Assembly (NCBI GenBank): GCA_902518715.1
Contig: CABYHU010000003.1
Location: 54,985 to 118,984 of the forward strand
DNA length: 64,000 nt
Source: an uncultured SAR86 cluster bacterium
GTDB taxonomy: Bacteria; Pseudomonadota; Gammaproteobacteria; Magnimaribacterales; D2472
Direction of reading: 5' to 3'
Shown here: positions 49,445 to 60,270 of the stretch, piece after piece
Numbering within the stretch: the stretch's first letter is position 1
How the letters are laid out: each line of letters begins with the position of its first letter
The notes under the pieces: model-generated
Seen by the model: the letters and a program-made list of their open reading frames with translations, nothing else
Told to the model about the DNA's origin: nothing
Database searches by the model: none
Made by a program: the position numbers and the translations under genes

Positions 49445-49450
49445 TATAAT
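49445..49450 (+). promoter_or_regulatory. Candidate -10 box (TATAAT) for tRNA-Asn
   Basis: A perfect TATAAT 11 nt upstream of the mature tRNA 5' end. The -35 is poor. Confidence 0.35.
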
Positions 49451-49461
49451 GCTTTTCACGC

Positions 49462-49536
49462 TCCCCTGTAGCTCAGCGGTAGAGCAGTTGACTGTTAATC
49501 AATTGGTCGTGTGTTCGATCCACACCGGGGGAGCCA
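49462..49536 (+). tRNA. tRNA-Asn (anticodon GUU), CCA encoded
   Basis: Folded by hand: acceptor TCCCCTG/CGGGGGA, D arm GCTC-AGCGGTA-GAGC, anticodon stem GTTGA/TCAAT with loop CT-GTT-AA, T arm GTGTG-TTCGATC-CACAC, G, CCA. Confidence 0.9.
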
Positions 49537-49557
49537 TAGTTGATTTATACTGCTACC

Positions 49558-50064
49558 ATGAAAAAAATTTTCTCACTTTTACTACTTATTATATCTATGA
49601 GCACTTTTTCTGATATTTCAAATAATCCTTCCAGTTGGTATATCGTTACCGATCAAGTTATGGGGGGAAAGTCAGAGTTAGAAGCCGGTTTTGATGATGG
49701 TGTATTCAATCTAAAAGGATATGTAACCACTGTTAATAATGGTGGTTTCGTAAGGTTAGCCCACAGACCAGACAGCGTAGATAAAGAGGTTAAAGGTATT
49801 CGCTTTATGGCAAAAGGAAATAACGAAACCTATGAGGTTCATGTAACGATGCAAGGATTAAGAATGCCGCCATGGGCATATCATAGCTCAACATTTGATG
49901 TGACTTCTGAGTGGCAAATGTTTGAAATCAATTTCTCAGACTTCGAAAAAAAATCTGGCATGTCCCCGAGACTAAATCCTAGCAATATTAGAGATATTAG
50001 TTTTGCTGGGTACGGAAGAGACTTTGATGTCGATTTAAAAGTCAAAGAGATCTCTTTCTATTAA
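49558..50064 (+). CDS. CIA30 (complex I intermediate-associated protein 30)-domain protein, secreted
   Basis: A signal peptide is followed by SWYIVTDQVMGGKSE...GGFVRL, a CIA30-like motif. The ATG at 49558 is preferred; the track TTG at 49540 abuts the tRNA. Confidence 0.7.
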   Translation: MKKIFSLLLLIISMSTFSDISNNPSSWYIVTDQVMGGKSELEAGFDDGVFNLKGYVTTVNNGGFVRLAHRPDSVDKEVKGIRFMAKGNNETYEVHVTMQGLRMPPWAYHSSTFDVTSEWQMFEINFSDFEKKSGMSPRLNPSNIRDISFAGYGRDFDVDLKVKEISFY

Positions 50065-50068
50065 AATT

Positions 50069-50485
50069 TTAAGAGTTTTCTACAAAAAATTTTTTTAAGA
50101 GCTTAAATATATTTTCTCTGGTTCTTCGGAATTCTTTTTCTAGCTGTTGATCTGAATAACTATCGTTATCTGGGTCTTCATTTGCCCAATGAATTTTTTT
50201 TGCTTTGTTGTTAAGAGTTGGGCAGAATTCCTCAGCACACAAGGTAATTATGAAATCAACATCATTCATAAACTTCTTATCAAGATCTTCTAAACTCTTA
50301 GATTCATGATTTGAAATATCAATTCCTATTTCTTTCATGGTACTAATTGCATTTTTATGCACTGAGCCGCTTGGTTGAGACCCTGCGCTTTGTATGTTGT
50401 ATTCAGAACCCATCATCGACTTTGCGAGACCTTCAGCAATCTGGCTTCGAGCTGAGTTTCCAACACAAAGAAATAAGATATTCAT
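50069..50485 (-). CDS. arsC: Arsenate reductase, LMW-PTPase (thioredoxin-coupled) type
   Basis: 138 aa with the P-loop LFLCVGNSARSQIAEG and downstream Cys pair CAEEFCP. Confidence 0.85.
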   Translation of the reverse strand: MNILFLCVGNSARSQIAEGLAKSMMGSEYNIQSAGSQPSGSVHKNAISTMKEIGIDISNHESKSLEDLDKKFMNDVDFIITLCAEEFCPTLNNKAKKIHWANEDPDNDSYSDQQLEKEFRRTRENIFKLLKKFFVENS

Positions 50486-50522
50486 AGTTAAATTTGGGCA
50501 GGATTAGCCTGCCCAATGAGAG

Positions 50523-50954
50523 TTATTTGAAGTTTACTTTTCTTAAAACAACAAGGTCTACGATTTCTCTCATATCACCATAGCCGCCAGCTATTTCTCT
50601 TTGATCATCTTCAGAAATCTTTTTTCTCCATGCCTCAACAAACTCCTCATATTTTTCTTTATCAGGTCCCATTGCAGCAAGATTTTCATAAGTTATTGTT
50701 AAGAAAACATTTGGATCAGTACCAGCAGTATCTGCAGTATAAACAGCACAACTAACAATATGTCCCAGCTCCTTCTGAATTTCACAAGAATCAACCCAAG
50801 TTCTTTTGATTCCCATTAGGTAATCATCAAGCATGTTTGCTTTTACCTTAACTACAGTCATTTCTGTAACTTGCTCAGCGGGCTCATAATCTACCCAGAT
50901 CTCAGCAAAGCTAAAGAAAGGAACAAGTAGTGATAAAAATAGAATTTTTTTCAT
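50523..50954 (-). CDS. Secreted hypothetical protein (143 aa)
   Basis: Signal peptide and strong SD (GGAGGAAATT-ATG). Family not recognised. Confidence 0.5.
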   Translation of the reverse strand: MKKILFLSLLVPFFSFAEIWVDYEPAEQVTEMTVVKVKANMLDDYLMGIKRTWVDSCEIQKELGHIVSCAVYTADTAGTDPNVFLTITYENLAAMGPDKEKYEEFVEAWRKKISEDDQREIAGGYGDMREIVDLVVLRKVNFK

Positions 50955-51040
50955 AATTTCCTCCTAAATTTCTAAGTAACTACGATACCACTAGATTCAA
51001 AGAAATTAAAAAAGTATTTTGTTACTATTAATGAGTAGAA

Positions 51041-52144
51041 ATGAAAATATCAAAAGAAAAACTGCTAAATAAAACTACCTCTCATGAACCTGAATTTTTA
51101 GAAGCACTAAATCTTTTAGTAGATGATATTAATGCAAATAAAGAAATAAATATGTTTGGCATTATTGCTTTTATGCATCAATTGCATAATCGCATGAATG
51201 TTAGAGAAAAGATTTATAAGTTTGCTGCAAATAAAGATATGCCTGACCCAGCAGCACCCATTATCGTAACAGGCCTTCCTCGATCAGGAACCACTTTTCT
51301 CTTTGATATTCTGTGTAATGATGTAGATCATAGAAGTCCACTTTATTGGGAAATAACAAGACCCCTTCCATGGTTAGAAAAAGGAAGCTGGCGGGAGTCG
51401 CTGAGGATTTTTGCAACTGATGTTGAGCTCCGTTTTGCTAGGCTTGTAGTACCCATGCTCGATACAATGCACAAGTTGCGAGCTCTATCTCCTGAAGAGT
51501 GTGAGCAATTTAATACGGTGACGGCAAAGAGTGTCGTCTATATTTATATGTCTCATCTTCCAAACTATAAAAAGTTTCTAATGGAAACTGATTTTACAAA
51601 TGTGTTTGAGTGGCATAAAAAGTTTTTCCAAATCTTAGAACTCTCAGGTAGGCCTAAAAACTGGCTATTTAAAGACCCATCGCATATTGAACACATTCCT
51701 GAAATTCTTAAGGTTTATCCAAAGGCAAGATTCGTTCATATATTTAGAGATCCCATAAAATCAATTACCTCAACTTGCAGTCTTACTGAAAAACTTTGGA
51801 ATGGACTGTGTAACCAAATTGATAGAGAGCTTATTGGGAAACAAACGATTGAGTTTTGGGAAAATGCAATATTAAAAAATAAAGAAGGAAGGACTTTGCT
51901 TGATTCAACAACAAACCTTGATATCGAGTATGCTGATTTCATTAAAGATCCAATTGAGACAGTGGAGAATATTTATGATTTTATTGATAAGCCCTTCGAG
52001 GAAAGCATAAAAATCAAAATGGAATTTTATATAAAGAATCATAAGAAACATAAACATGGAAAGCACAATTATGAGCTTAAAGATTATGGTTTGACTGAGG
52101 AAATTATAGAAGATCGCATTGCCTCTAAATGGCAAATAAACTAG
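51041..52144 (+). CDS. Sulfotransferase-family protein
   Basis: 367 aa with the PAPS 5'-PSB loop [10 protein letters not shown] and a 3'-PB-like [10 protein letters not shown]. Confidence 0.75.
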   Translation: MKISKEKLLNKTTSHEPEFLEALNLLVDDINANKEINMFGIIAFMHQLHNRMNVREKIYKFAANKDMPDPAAPIIVTGLPRSGTTFLFDILCNDVDHRSPLYWEITRPLPWLEKGSWRESLRIFATDVELRFARLVVPMLDTMHKLRALSPEECEQFNTVTAKSVVYIYMSHLPNYKKFLMETDFTNVFEWHKKFFQILELSGRPKNWLFKDPSHIEHIPEILKVYPKARFVHIFRDPIKSITSTCSLTEKLWNGLCNQIDRELIGKQTIEFWENAILKNKEGRTLLDSTTNLDIEYADFIKDPIETVENIYDFIDKPFEESIKIKMEFYIKNHKKHKHGKHNYELKDYGLTEEIIEDRIASKWQIN

Positions 52145-52172
52145 TATTAATAAACGTTTAAATCTAAAAGGT

Positions 52173-52694
52173 ATGAGTATGACAAAAACAGTTATTGCAG
52201 TGGTTATTTCAACTTCCCTTGGTGACATTACTCTAGAGCTTGATAAAGAAAAGGCTCCGGGTACAGTTGAAAATTTTATAAATCTTGTTGAGTCTGGATA
52301 CTACGATGAAACTATCTTTCATAGAGTAATTGATGGTTTTATGGTTCAAGGAGGAGGCTTAACAGCTGATATGAGAACTAAGCCTTCTGGCACCCAACCA
52401 ATCCAAAATGAAGCTAATAATGGCTTACCAAATGACAGAGGAACTATTGCCATGGCAAGAACTGGTGATCCTCATTCAGCTACAAGTCAGTTTTTTATCA
52501 ACCATAAAGATAATAGTTTCCTAAATCATTCATCAGAAACTATGCGTGGCTGGGGATATGCAGTATTTGGGAAGGTAACAGATGGAATGGATGTTGTTGA
52601 TTCAATTGCTGTGGTTGATACCGGCAACTTTCAACAGTATGCAGATGTTCCAGTTGAGCCAATTATGATTCAATCGATATCTGTTATGGAATGA
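52173..52694 (+). CDS. ppiB: Peptidyl-prolyl cis-trans isomerase (cyclophilin type)
   Basis: 173 aa with [21 protein letters not shown] and SQFFIN. Confidence 0.93.
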   Translation: MSMTKTVIAVVISTSLGDITLELDKEKAPGTVENFINLVESGYYDETIFHRVIDGFMVQGGGLTADMRTKPSGTQPIQNEANNGLPNDRGTIAMARTGDPHSATSQFFINHKDNSFLNHSSETMRGWGYAVFGKVTDGMDVVDSIAVVDTGNFQQYADVPVEPIMIQSISVME

Positions 52695-53419
52695 ATCCAA
52701 TATATTTCATTTCAGACCTACATCTAAGTTCAGTTGAGTCACCTACTACTAAATCATTCTTTGATTTTTTAGATAACAAAATATCCGTTCCTACCAGTCT
52801 TTATATACTAGGTGATTTATTTGAGGTTTGGATTGGAGATGATGATGATAGTGAGCTTGCAGCAGTTATTCAGTCTAAGCTGAGTGATTTTGCTAGCAAA
52901 GGGAATAAGCTGTTTTTTATTGCTGGTAATAGAGATTTTCTGCTGGATAAAAGCTTTGCGGCCTCGGCCGATATCGAAATCCTTGAAGACCCCTATACAA
53001 TAACCTTTAACGAAATGAAAATTATCATCAGTCATGGTGATTTTTTGTGCACTCATGACTCAGAATATATGAACTTTAGAAAACAAGTCCGATCTCAGGC
53101 TTGGAAGGATGACTTTCTCAGCAAACCCCTAGAGGAAAGAAAAAAAATTGCAGATGATATGAGGGATGCCAGTAAATCTGCTAGCAAAAATAAATCCTCT
53201 GAAATAACTGACGTAAATTTAAATGATGTAGATTCATTTCTTCAAAAAGAAAGGCCAAATCTTTTTATTCATGGCCATACTCATCGGCCTGATCTTCATG
53301 ACTTAGAGTATGGAGATTATTCAACTCAGCGAATTGTTTTGGGAGATTGGGATACTTTCGGATGGTGCTTAAAACTTGATGTCAATGGTCCTGATTTATT
53401 TAAATTCAAGATTGAATAA
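52691..53419 (+). CDS. lpxH: UDP-2,3-diacylglucosamine diphosphatase
   Basis: 242 aa with [25 protein letters not shown] and HGHTHRP. ATGA overlap with ppiB. Confidence 0.92.
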   Translation: MNPIYFISDLHLSSVESPTTKSFFDFLDNKISVPTSLYILGDLFEVWIGDDDDSELAAVIQSKLSDFASKGNKLFFIAGNRDFLLDKSFAASADIEILEDPYTITFNEMKIIISHGDFLCTHDSEYMNFRKQVRSQAWKDDFLSKPLEERKKIADDMRDASKSASKNKSSEITDVNLNDVDSFLQKERPNLFIHGHTHRPDLHDLEYGDYSTQRIVLGDWDTFGWCLKLDVNGPDLFKFKIE

Positions 53420-53423
53420 AGCA

Positions 53424-53452
53424 TTGAAACCTCTTTAAAAGTACTGTATATT
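53424..53452 (+). promoter_or_regulatory. Candidate sigma70 promoter of umuDC
   Basis: -35 TTGAAA (53424-53429), 17-bp spacer, -10 TATATT (53447-53452). The -10 lies inside the LexA box. Confidence 0.5.
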
Positions 53453-53461
53453 TATACAGTA
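53442..53461 (+). promoter_or_regulatory. LexA operator (SOS box)
   Basis: TACTGTATATTTATACAGTA matches the gammaproteobacterial consensus TACTGTATATATATACAGTA (CTGT-N8-ACAG). It ends 20 nt upstream of the umuD ATG. Confidence 0.88.
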
Positions 53462-53480
53462 CTTTTAGCACTCCTATTTT

Positions 53481-53912
53481 ATGAAAATTAATTACATCGG
53501 TACGGTGATTGCAGATAATTTATCTGAACTAATGCTGCCATATTTCCAAGATATGGTGCATGCCGGATTCCCTAGTCCTGCAAGTGATTTCATAGAATCA
53601 CCTATAGACCTAAATAAATATTTAATAAAGAATAATGCTGCTACCTTTCTTGTAAGAGTAAGTGGAAAATCTATGATAGGTGCAGGTATTAATGATGGTG
53701 CAACCCTCATAATAGACAGAAGTATTAAGCCCTCTCATAACAGCATCATAGTGGCAGCAGTTGATGGTGAGTTTGTTTGTAGAAGACTTAAAACTAAGCC
53801 TAAATTATGCCTAGTTGCTGAAAATAAAGGCTATAAACCAATCTATATAAATAGCCAAATAGACTTTGAAGTAACTGGGCTAGTAACTTCAGTCATTAAT
53901 CAATTTACATGA
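53481..53912 (+). CDS. umuD: Translesion DNA polymerase V accessory subunit UmuD (S24 peptidase)
   Basis: 143 aa, LexA-like, with GFPSPA and a Ser/Lys dyad context ([22 protein letters not shown] ... CRRLK). Confidence 0.9.
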   Translation: MKINYIGTVIADNLSELMLPYFQDMVHAGFPSPASDFIESPIDLNKYLIKNNAATFLVRVSGKSMIGAGINDGATLIIDRSIKPSHNSIIVAAVDGEFVCRRLKTKPKLCLVAENKGYKPIYINSQIDFEVTGLVTSVINQFT

Positions 53913-55168
53913 GTATAGCCCTAGTAGATTGTGATAGCTTTTATGCTTCATGTGAAAGAGTGTTTCGTCCTGATCTTAAAAATAGACCTATCGTTGTCCT
54001 CTCTAATAATGATGGCTGCGTAATTGCAAGGAGCTCAGAGGCAAAAGCTATGGGTGTAAAGATGGGAGTTCCTTGGTTTAAGATCAAAGATAGGTATATC
54101 AGAAAAGGCGGTATTGTTTTCTCATCTAATTTTGCTTTCTATGGAGATATGTCCAGGAGAGTTATGAATATTTTAAATTCCATTTCTCCAAAAACAGAAG
54201 TCTATAGCATTGATGAAGCATTTTTAGATTTCTCAGGTACCGAAAAAAATATAGGCTGTTTCGACTTTGGCTTACATCTAAAAAATACCGTAGGAAGATG
54301 GACAGGAATACCTGTACGAATAGGTATAGGGCCTACTAAGACACTAGCTAAGATTGCTAGCTACCAAATAAAGAAAAGAGATATTCAATCAAGAGTTTTA
54401 GTGCTGGATAGTCAGAGAGATATAAGTGAAGCCCTTAAAAGTACTCCAGTTGGTGAGATATGGGGAGTTGGCAGAAGATTAAATAGAAAACTATCAATGG
54501 CAGGTATTAGAAACGCTCTGCAATTATCATATGCCCCACCTCAGGATATAAGAAAAAGGTTTAGTATTGTTTTAGAACGTACAGTTAGGGAGCTTAATGG
54601 TGAGAAATGTTTAGATATTGAAGATGTTTCTCCAACTAAAAAACAAATTGTGGTCAGTAGAAGTTTTGCAAAAAAGATTACCAATTTAGAAGTCCTAAAT
54701 ACTGTTGTTAATGATTATGTGGTGAGAGCAGCTGAAAAATTAAGATCCGAAAAACAGAAAAGTTCAAGAATATCAGTATTTATTCGAACTAGTCCTTTTG
54801 ATACTAATGAAAGTTACAGGGCTATAAAGAGCTATTCATTCACTTATCCAACAGATGATTCAAGAGACTTTTTGTATGCCGTAAGAAAGATTCTATCCAA
54901 AATCTATAGACCTAATTATAGATATTCAAAAGCTGGGATTATGCTAAGTTCATTTTCAGATATTGGTTATGTACAAAACTCTTTATTTAGTGAAAGCCAT
55001 ACTTACAAGATGGACTCAAAATTGATGCAAGTGATTGATGAGTTAAATCTAAATCAGAAACAGATCTATATTGCTTCACAAAATATAGGAAGGTTTAAGC
55101 CCATACAGAGAAATATGATATCTCCGAGATACACTACTAGATGGAGTGATCTACCTATGGTTAAGTAG
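53909..55168 (+). CDS. umuC: Translesion DNA polymerase V catalytic subunit UmuC (Y-family)
   Basis: 419 aa with [30 protein letters not shown] and [13 protein letters not shown] overlap with umuD. Confidence 0.93.
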   Translation: MSIALVDCDSFYASCERVFRPDLKNRPIVVLSNNDGCVIARSSEAKAMGVKMGVPWFKIKDRYIRKGGIVFSSNFAFYGDMSRRVMNILNSISPKTEVYSIDEAFLDFSGTEKNIGCFDFGLHLKNTVGRWTGIPVRIGIGPTKTLAKIASYQIKKRDIQSRVLVLDSQRDISEALKSTPVGEIWGVGRRLNRKLSMAGIRNALQLSYAPPQDIRKRFSIVLERTVRELNGEKCLDIEDVSPTKKQIVVSRSFAKKITNLEVLNTVVNDYVVRAAEKLRSEKQKSSRISVFIRTSPFDTNESYRAIKSYSFTYPTDDSRDFLYAVRKILSKIYRPNYRYSKAGIMLSSFSDIGYVQNSLFSESHTYKMDSKLMQVIDELNLNQKQIYIASQNIGRFKPIQRNMISPRYTTRWSDLPMVK

Positions 55169-55610
55169 CCCGATTAAAGAATTTATAATAATGAGCTTCT
55201 GATAGTTGAAGCATTTCTTGATTAATTAAATCCCGAAGCTCTATAAGTGAAAGATCAGAAAATGCTGGCAATATTTCAATCCCAAAATCATTTACATTTA
55301 AATCTTTATTACTGGAAGCTCGAAGTAAGTCAAAAATCCAAGTAATAGGCTCAAGAGAGCTATTGAAGTTAATAGAAAATTCATTCATCTTACTTTCGAA
55401 GAGCTCGCTATCAGAAATAGTAAATTTTTCTTCAAGAATAGTCGTCTTAAACTGCTCGAGCCTAGAATTAACAACCGCCCTCTCATCAGTCGAGAACTTA
55501 CCCCAATTAGTAATTTCATGTGAAAACCTTTTGCAGCCCTTACAAACATCATCACCAAAGGTTGTAGAACATATGCCGATGCAGGGTGTTGATGAACGAT
55601 TCTTACGCAT
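55161..55610 (-). CDS. DUF1289 (YdhL-like Cys-rich) protein with long C-terminal extension
   Basis: 149 aa. The N-terminal [29 protein letters not shown] matches the DUF1289 pattern. The remaining approx 100 aa are unassigned. Confidence 0.7.
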   Translation of the reverse strand: MRKNRSSTPCIGICSTTFGDDVCKGCKRFSHEITNWGKFSTDERAVVNSRLEQFKTTILEEKFTISDSELFESKMNEFSINFNSSLEPITWIFDLLRASSNKDLNVNDFGIEILPAFSDLSLIELRDLINQEMLQLSEAHYYKFFNRAT

Positions 55611-55686
55611 GGATTTAATAATACAATAATATTTAATTTTTGTAATTTGGTTGGAAAGTTTAACCTAAGAGAAGTAAAATAGGCGC

Positions 55687-58263
55687 GTGTTAGAGGACTA
55701 TAAAAAGCATTGCAAAGAAAGAGAGGAGATGGGTATACCCCCTCTTCCCTTAGATGCTGAACAAACTGCCGCGGTCATTAATCTATTAAAAAAAGAACAT
55801 GATGAGAATGATCTTTTGCTTCACCTGCTGAAAGAGAGAGTTCCTGCAGGAGTAGATGATGCAGCATATGTTAAGGCAGGTTTTTTGTCAGATTTAACAA
55901 AAGGAAAGACAGAAAGTCCTTATATTACAAAAGAAGATGCGGTAGCAATCTTGGGAACTATGCTTGGCGGTTATAACATACAACCCTTGATTGACTGTCT
56001 TGAAATTGATGGATTAGCCGATGACGCCGCAAGTGCATTAAGTAATACACTTCTAATTTTTGATGCGTTTAATGATATCTATGAACTGTCAAAAACTAAT
56101 GAACACGCAAAAACAGTTATCGATTCATGGGCAAATGCAGAGTGGTTCACAAGCAAAGAAGAAATACCGGAAAGCATCAAACTTACGGTTTTTAAGGTGC
56201 CTGGTGAGATAAATACCGATGATCTTTCTCCTGCTCCGGATGCATGGTCAAGGCCAGATATTCCTCTTCACGCGCTTGCAATGTTAAAAATGCCAAGGGA
56301 TGGCATAAATGATCCTCTAGGGACTATTGAAGAATTAAAGCAAAAGGGAAACCCGGTTGTTTTTGTAGGTGACGTTGTTGGAACTGGCTCATCAAGAAAA
56401 TCTGCAACTAATTCAGTTTTATGGCACATGGGAGATGAGATTCCTGCAATTCCAAATAAAAAAGAAGGTGGTTTTTGTTTTGGAGGAAAAATTGCACCTA
56501 TTTTTTATAATACTCTGGAGGATTCTGGAGCTTTTCCAGTTGAATGTGATGTCTCAAAATTAGAAATGGGACAAGAAATCATATTTGAACCGTTCAAAGG
56601 TCAAATCACTGATGCCAAAACTAATGAGCTCCTTTGTGAATTTAAATTAAAGACTGAAGTACTTCTTGATGAGGTAAGAGCAAATGGAAGAATTCCTCTA
56701 ATCATTGGAAGACAGTTAACAGATAAAACCAGAGAAGTTTTAGGATTAGAACCTACTGATATTTTTAGAAGACCAAATCAAAATGATACTTCTAAAAAAG
56801 GATACACTTTGGCTCAAAAAATGGTTGGTAAAGCATGTGGAGTTGAGGGAGTAAGACCTGGGGACTACTGTGAACCAAGAATGAGTACAGTTGGATCTCA
56901 AGATACAACGGGACCAATGACCAGAGATGAATTGAAAGAGCTTGCATGTCTTGGATTCTCAGCAGATTTAGTAATGCAATCTTTTTGTCATACTGCTGCA
57001 TATCCAAAACCAGTTGATATCGATACTCAACACTCTCTTCCAGAATTTATTAAAACTAGAGGTGGAGTTTCTCTAAAACCTGGAGATGGAATTATTCACT
57101 CTTGGCTTAATAGAATGTTAATACCTGATACCGTAGGTACAGGTGGTGATAGTCATACAAGGTTTCCAATTGGTATAAGTTTCCCAGCAGGCTCAGGACT
57201 AGTAGCGTTTGCAGCAACACTTGGTGTTATGCCTTTAGATATGCCTGAATCAGTTTTGGTTAGGTTTAAGGGTGAGATGCAGCCCGGTATTACTCTTAGA
57301 GATTTAGTTAATGCGATTCCTTATGCTGCAATTCAGCAAGGTCATCTCACAGTTGCTAAGGAAGGCAAAAAAAATATTTTTTCAGGAAGATGCTTAGAAG
57401 TTGAAGGTCTTCCTCATTTAAAAGTAGAACAGGCCTTTGAAATCTCTGACGCTTCTGCAGAGAGATCTGCATCTGGATGCACTATTAGATTGGATAAAGA
57501 ACCAATCATTGAGTACCTTAATTCAAATATAGTCATGTTGAGATGGATGATTACAAACGGATATGGTGATCCTAAAACACTTGAAAGAAGAGCCAGTGCA
57601 ATGGAAGAATGGATAAAAGATCCTAAACTGCTTGAACCGGACAAGGATGCTGAATATGCAGCCATAATTGAAATTGATTTAAATGAAATTAAAGAGCCTC
57701 TTTTGGCATGTCCAAATGATCCAGATGATATTAAACCACTTTCAGAAGTCCAAAATACGAAAATTGATGAAGTCTTTCTTGGGTCATGCATGACAAATAT
57801 TGGACATTTTAGGGCTGCAGGTCATCTTCTTAAAAAACATAATGGAACTAAAGCAAGATTCTGGGTTGTGCCACCTACTAAAATGGATGAACAACAGCTT
57901 ATGGAGGAAGGTATTTATAATATCTTTGGAGTTTCAGGAGCAAGAACTGAGATGCCAGGTTGCTCTCTTTGCATGGGTAACCAAGCAAGAGTTCTAGCAA
58001 ACTCAACTGTTGTTTCAACATCAACGAGAAACTATCCGAACAGACTTGGTGATGGTGCGGATGTTTTTCTTGCTTCTGCGGAACTCTCTTCAGTAGCTGC
58101 CGTTCTTGGAAGATTACCAACTCCCAAAGAATATCTTGAATTCATGGATGAGATTAATCCACTCTCAGAAGAGATATATAGATACTTAAACTTCGATCAA
58201 CTTCCTGAGTTTCTAAATGATGCAAAAAAAGCGGAAATTTCCGCTGTAAATATAGTTTCTTAA
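55687..58263 (+). CDS. acnB: Aconitate hydratase B (bifunctional aconitase / 2-methylisocitrate dehydratase)
   Basis: 858 aa. A GTG start gives [26 protein letters not shown], which aligns with E. coli AcnB MLEEYRKH... Fe-S ligand Cys contexts are present ([16 protein letters not shown]). Confidence 0.97.
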   Translation: MLEDYKKHCKEREEMGIPPLPLDAEQTAAVINLLKKEHDENDLLLHLLKERVPAGVDDAAYVKAGFLSDLTKGKTESPYITKEDAVAILGTMLGGYNIQPLIDCLEIDGLADDAASALSNTLLIFDAFNDIYELSKTNEHAKTVIDSWANAEWFTSKEEIPESIKLTVFKVPGEINTDDLSPAPDAWSRPDIPLHALAMLKMPRDGINDPLGTIEELKQKGNPVVFVGDVVGTGSSRKSATNSVLWHMGDEIPAIPNKKEGGFCFGGKIAPIFYNTLEDSGAFPVECDVSKLEMGQEIIFEPFKGQITDAKTNELLCEFKLKTEVLLDEVRANGRIPLIIGRQLTDKTREVLGLEPTDIFRRPNQNDTSKKGYTLAQKMVGKACGVEGVRPGDYCEPRMSTVGSQDTTGPMTRDELKELACLGFSADLVMQSFCHTAAYPKPVDIDTQHSLPEFIKTRGGVSLKPGDGIIHSWLNRMLIPDTVGTGGDSHTRFPIGISFPAGSGLVAFAATLGVMPLDMPESVLVRFKGEMQPGITLRDLVNAIPYAAIQQGHLTVAKEGKKNIFSGRCLEVEGLPHLKVEQAFEISDASAERSASGCTIRLDKEPIIEYLNSNIVMLRWMITNGYGDPKTLERRASAMEEWIKDPKLLEPDKDAEYAAIIEIDLNEIKEPLLACPNDPDDIKPLSEVQNTKIDEVFLGSCMTNIGHFRAAGHLLKKHNGTKARFWVVPPTKMDEQQLMEEGIYNIFGVSGARTEMPGCSLCMGNQARVLANSTVVSTSTRNYPNRLGDGADVFLASAELSSVAAVLGRLPTPKEYLEFMDEINPLSEEIYRYLNFDQLPEFLNDAKKAEISAVNIVS

Positions 58264-58266
58264 GAA

Positions 58267-59745
58267 TTAATTTTTTGTTTTTGACATTTTGACAATGTCG
58301 CTTCTCTCTTCTTCAAGGTTTTCAAGATATCCATCATCTATCTCTGTAGGATAATCGCCAGTGAAAATCGAAGTCTCAAACTCTTTAATTTCCGGATTCC
58401 CTTCTTGAACAGAACTAATAAGATCGTTAAGAGTTTGATAAATCAATTCATCTGCTCCAATTATCTCAGCAATTTCTGATTCTGACTTATTATGAGCAAC
58501 TAATTCTTTTGTAGCAGCCATATCAATACCATATAGATTTTGAAACTTAACAGGAGGAGCTGCAGATGCGAATAAAACTTTTTTTGCTCCTGCTTCTCTA
58601 ACCATTTCAATAATTTGTTTGCTTGTTGTCCCCCTAACAATTGAATCATCAACAAGTAAAACGTTTTTATCTTTAAACTCTAGATCAAGAATATTTAGTT
58701 TTCTTCTAACCGACTTTTTCCTTTCTTCTTGAAGAGGCATGATAAATGTTCTACCAATATATCTGTTTTTTACAAACCCTTGCCTGTAAGGTTTATTTAA
58801 TTCTGCAGCAAGTTGTAAGGCGGCAGTTGTTGAGCTATCAGGAATAGGTATTACTACATCAATTTCATCAACTAAATTTAGACTTCTTATTCTTTCTGCC
58901 AGCTTAAGACCCATTCTCATTCTAGATTTATAAACTGATATCTCATCGATTGTTGAATCGGGTCTTGCGAGATAAACGTACTCAAATATGCATGGCCTTT
59001 TTTGCGAAGAAGTTGAGCATTGCTGAGTGAAGATTTTCCCTGCATTATCAATAAATACAGCCTCACCAGGCTCAACATCTCTTAAAAATTTAAAACCTGT
59101 TGATGAAAAAAGTGCGGTTTCAGAAGATACAACATATTCATTTCTGTCTTTTCCTTTTCTGATTCCAATTGATAAAGGCCTTATTCCAAGAGGATCTCTA
59201 AATGCTAGAATTCCATATCCTGTAATCAAGGCTACAACTGCATACGCACCATTAATTCTCAAGTGTGTCTTCTCAACAGCTGAAAAGAAATCTTTTGGTT
59301 TTGGAAATACAGCTTCCTGTTTGGAAAGCTCTAATGCAAAAATGTTAAGTAAAACTTCTGAATCAGAATCTGTATTTATATGACGTCTCTCAGCATGAAA
59401 TAGTTCAGCAGCTAATTTTTTTGAGTTAGTTAAATTCCCATTATGAGCTAGACTTATACCATAAGGTGTATTCACATACATAGGTTGAGCAAATTCCTTA
59501 CCTATTCCGCCTGCTGTTGGATATCGAACATGTCCTATACCAAGATTGCCTTGGAGATTATTCATATGGTTTTGCTGAAAGACATCCCTCACGTAGCCCT
59601 TTGATTTTCGACTATTAAGTTTACCGCTAGGTTCACAAACAACCATTCCGGCTGCATCTTGCCCCCTATGCTGGAGCATCAATAGAGATTCATAAATCTC
59701 TTCAGCTACATTTTTTTCTGCAGAAATCCCTATAATTCCGCACAT
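58267..59745 (-). CDS. purF: Amidophosphoribosyltransferase
   Basis: 492 aa with N-terminal MCGIIGI (Ntn Cys) and PRTase motif VLLVDDSIVRGTTS. Confidence 0.97.
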   Translation of the reverse strand: MCGIIGISAEKNVAEEIYESLLMLQHRGQDAAGMVVCEPSGKLNSRKSKGYVRDVFQQNHMNNLQGNLGIGHVRYPTAGGIGKEFAQPMYVNTPYGISLAHNGNLTNSKKLAAELFHAERRHINTDSDSEVLLNIFALELSKQEAVFPKPKDFFSAVEKTHLRINGAYAVVALITGYGILAFRDPLGIRPLSIGIRKGKDRNEYVVSSETALFSSTGFKFLRDVEPGEAVFIDNAGKIFTQQCSTSSQKRPCIFEYVYLARPDSTIDEISVYKSRMRMGLKLAERIRSLNLVDEIDVVIPIPDSSTTAALQLAAELNKPYRQGFVKNRYIGRTFIMPLQEERKKSVRRKLNILDLEFKDKNVLLVDDSIVRGTTSKQIIEMVREAGAKKVLFASAAPPVKFQNLYGIDMAATKELVAHNKSESEIAEIIGADELIYQTLNDLISSVQEGNPEIKEFETSIFTGDYPTEIDDGYLENLEEERSDIVKMSKTKN

Positions 59746-59748
59746 TAT

Positions 59749-60270
59749 TTATTCCCCGTCTTTAACTATATCCTCAATATCTGATTCCGCTAAAAGTTCT
59801 TTAATGTAAGTCTCTAAAACTGGCAAAAATTCCTCGAAAAATGGTGAAATCTTTGAAGAAGTAAAGATTTCAGATTCTTTCAAACTCGAGGGTAATAAAA
59901 AGTAAATTGCCAAAATTACAATTAAGCCCCTACCTATTCCAAATAATACACCCATAAATTTATCAAAGCCAGACATTCCTGACCATTTAACTATTCTTGA
60001 AATCAAATTGATCAAAAATCCGCCAATTATGATAGAAATTATAAATATAAGAACGGACGCAATAATTTTTGAAGCCTCTTCATTTCCAATAATCTCAGAA
60101 ATTTTTGGTGTCACATATCCCTCTAAGCCTACTGCTGCAAAGAAAGCAAAAACCCACAATAATAATGATAAAAACTCTTTTGTAAAACCTCTAAATAATG
60201 AAATGATTCCTGAGGAGCCAATAACAAACAATATGACTAGATCTGTGACATTAAGACCTAGGGTTTCCAT
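59749..60270 (-). CDS. cvpA: CvpA-family membrane protein
   Basis: 173 aa, 4 TM helices, with RGFTKEFLSL near the N-terminus, in the conserved position upstream of purF. Confidence 0.85.
   Translation of the reverse strand: METLGLNVTDLVILFVIGSSGIISLFRGFTKEFLSLLLWVFAFFAAVGLEGYVTPKISEIIGNEEASKIIASVLIFIISIIIGGFLINLISRIVKWSGMSGFDKFMGVLFGIGRGLIVILAIYFLLPSSLKESEIFTSSKISPFFEEFLPVLETYIKELLAESDIEDIVKDGE

Noticed and set aside
49415-49461. Search for a LexA box upstream of uvrB, which is SOS-regulated in E. coli.
   Set aside because: There is no CTGT-N8-ACAG in the 47-bp spacer on either strand. The spacer seems to carry only a TATAAT for the divergent tRNA-Asn.
50496-50514. Hairpin GGGCAGGattagCCTGCCC between the 143-aa ORF and arsC, considered as a terminator.
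   Set aside because: The stem is good, but no T-run follows on the relevant (minus) strand; the following sequence is AAATTT. At best it is a weak or Rho-assisted site.
53481-55168. umuDC as cargo of a mobile element.
   Set aside because: There are no flanking inverted or direct repeats, transposase or integrase. The genes are tightly packed between lpxH and a chromosomal gene, under a host-type LexA box.
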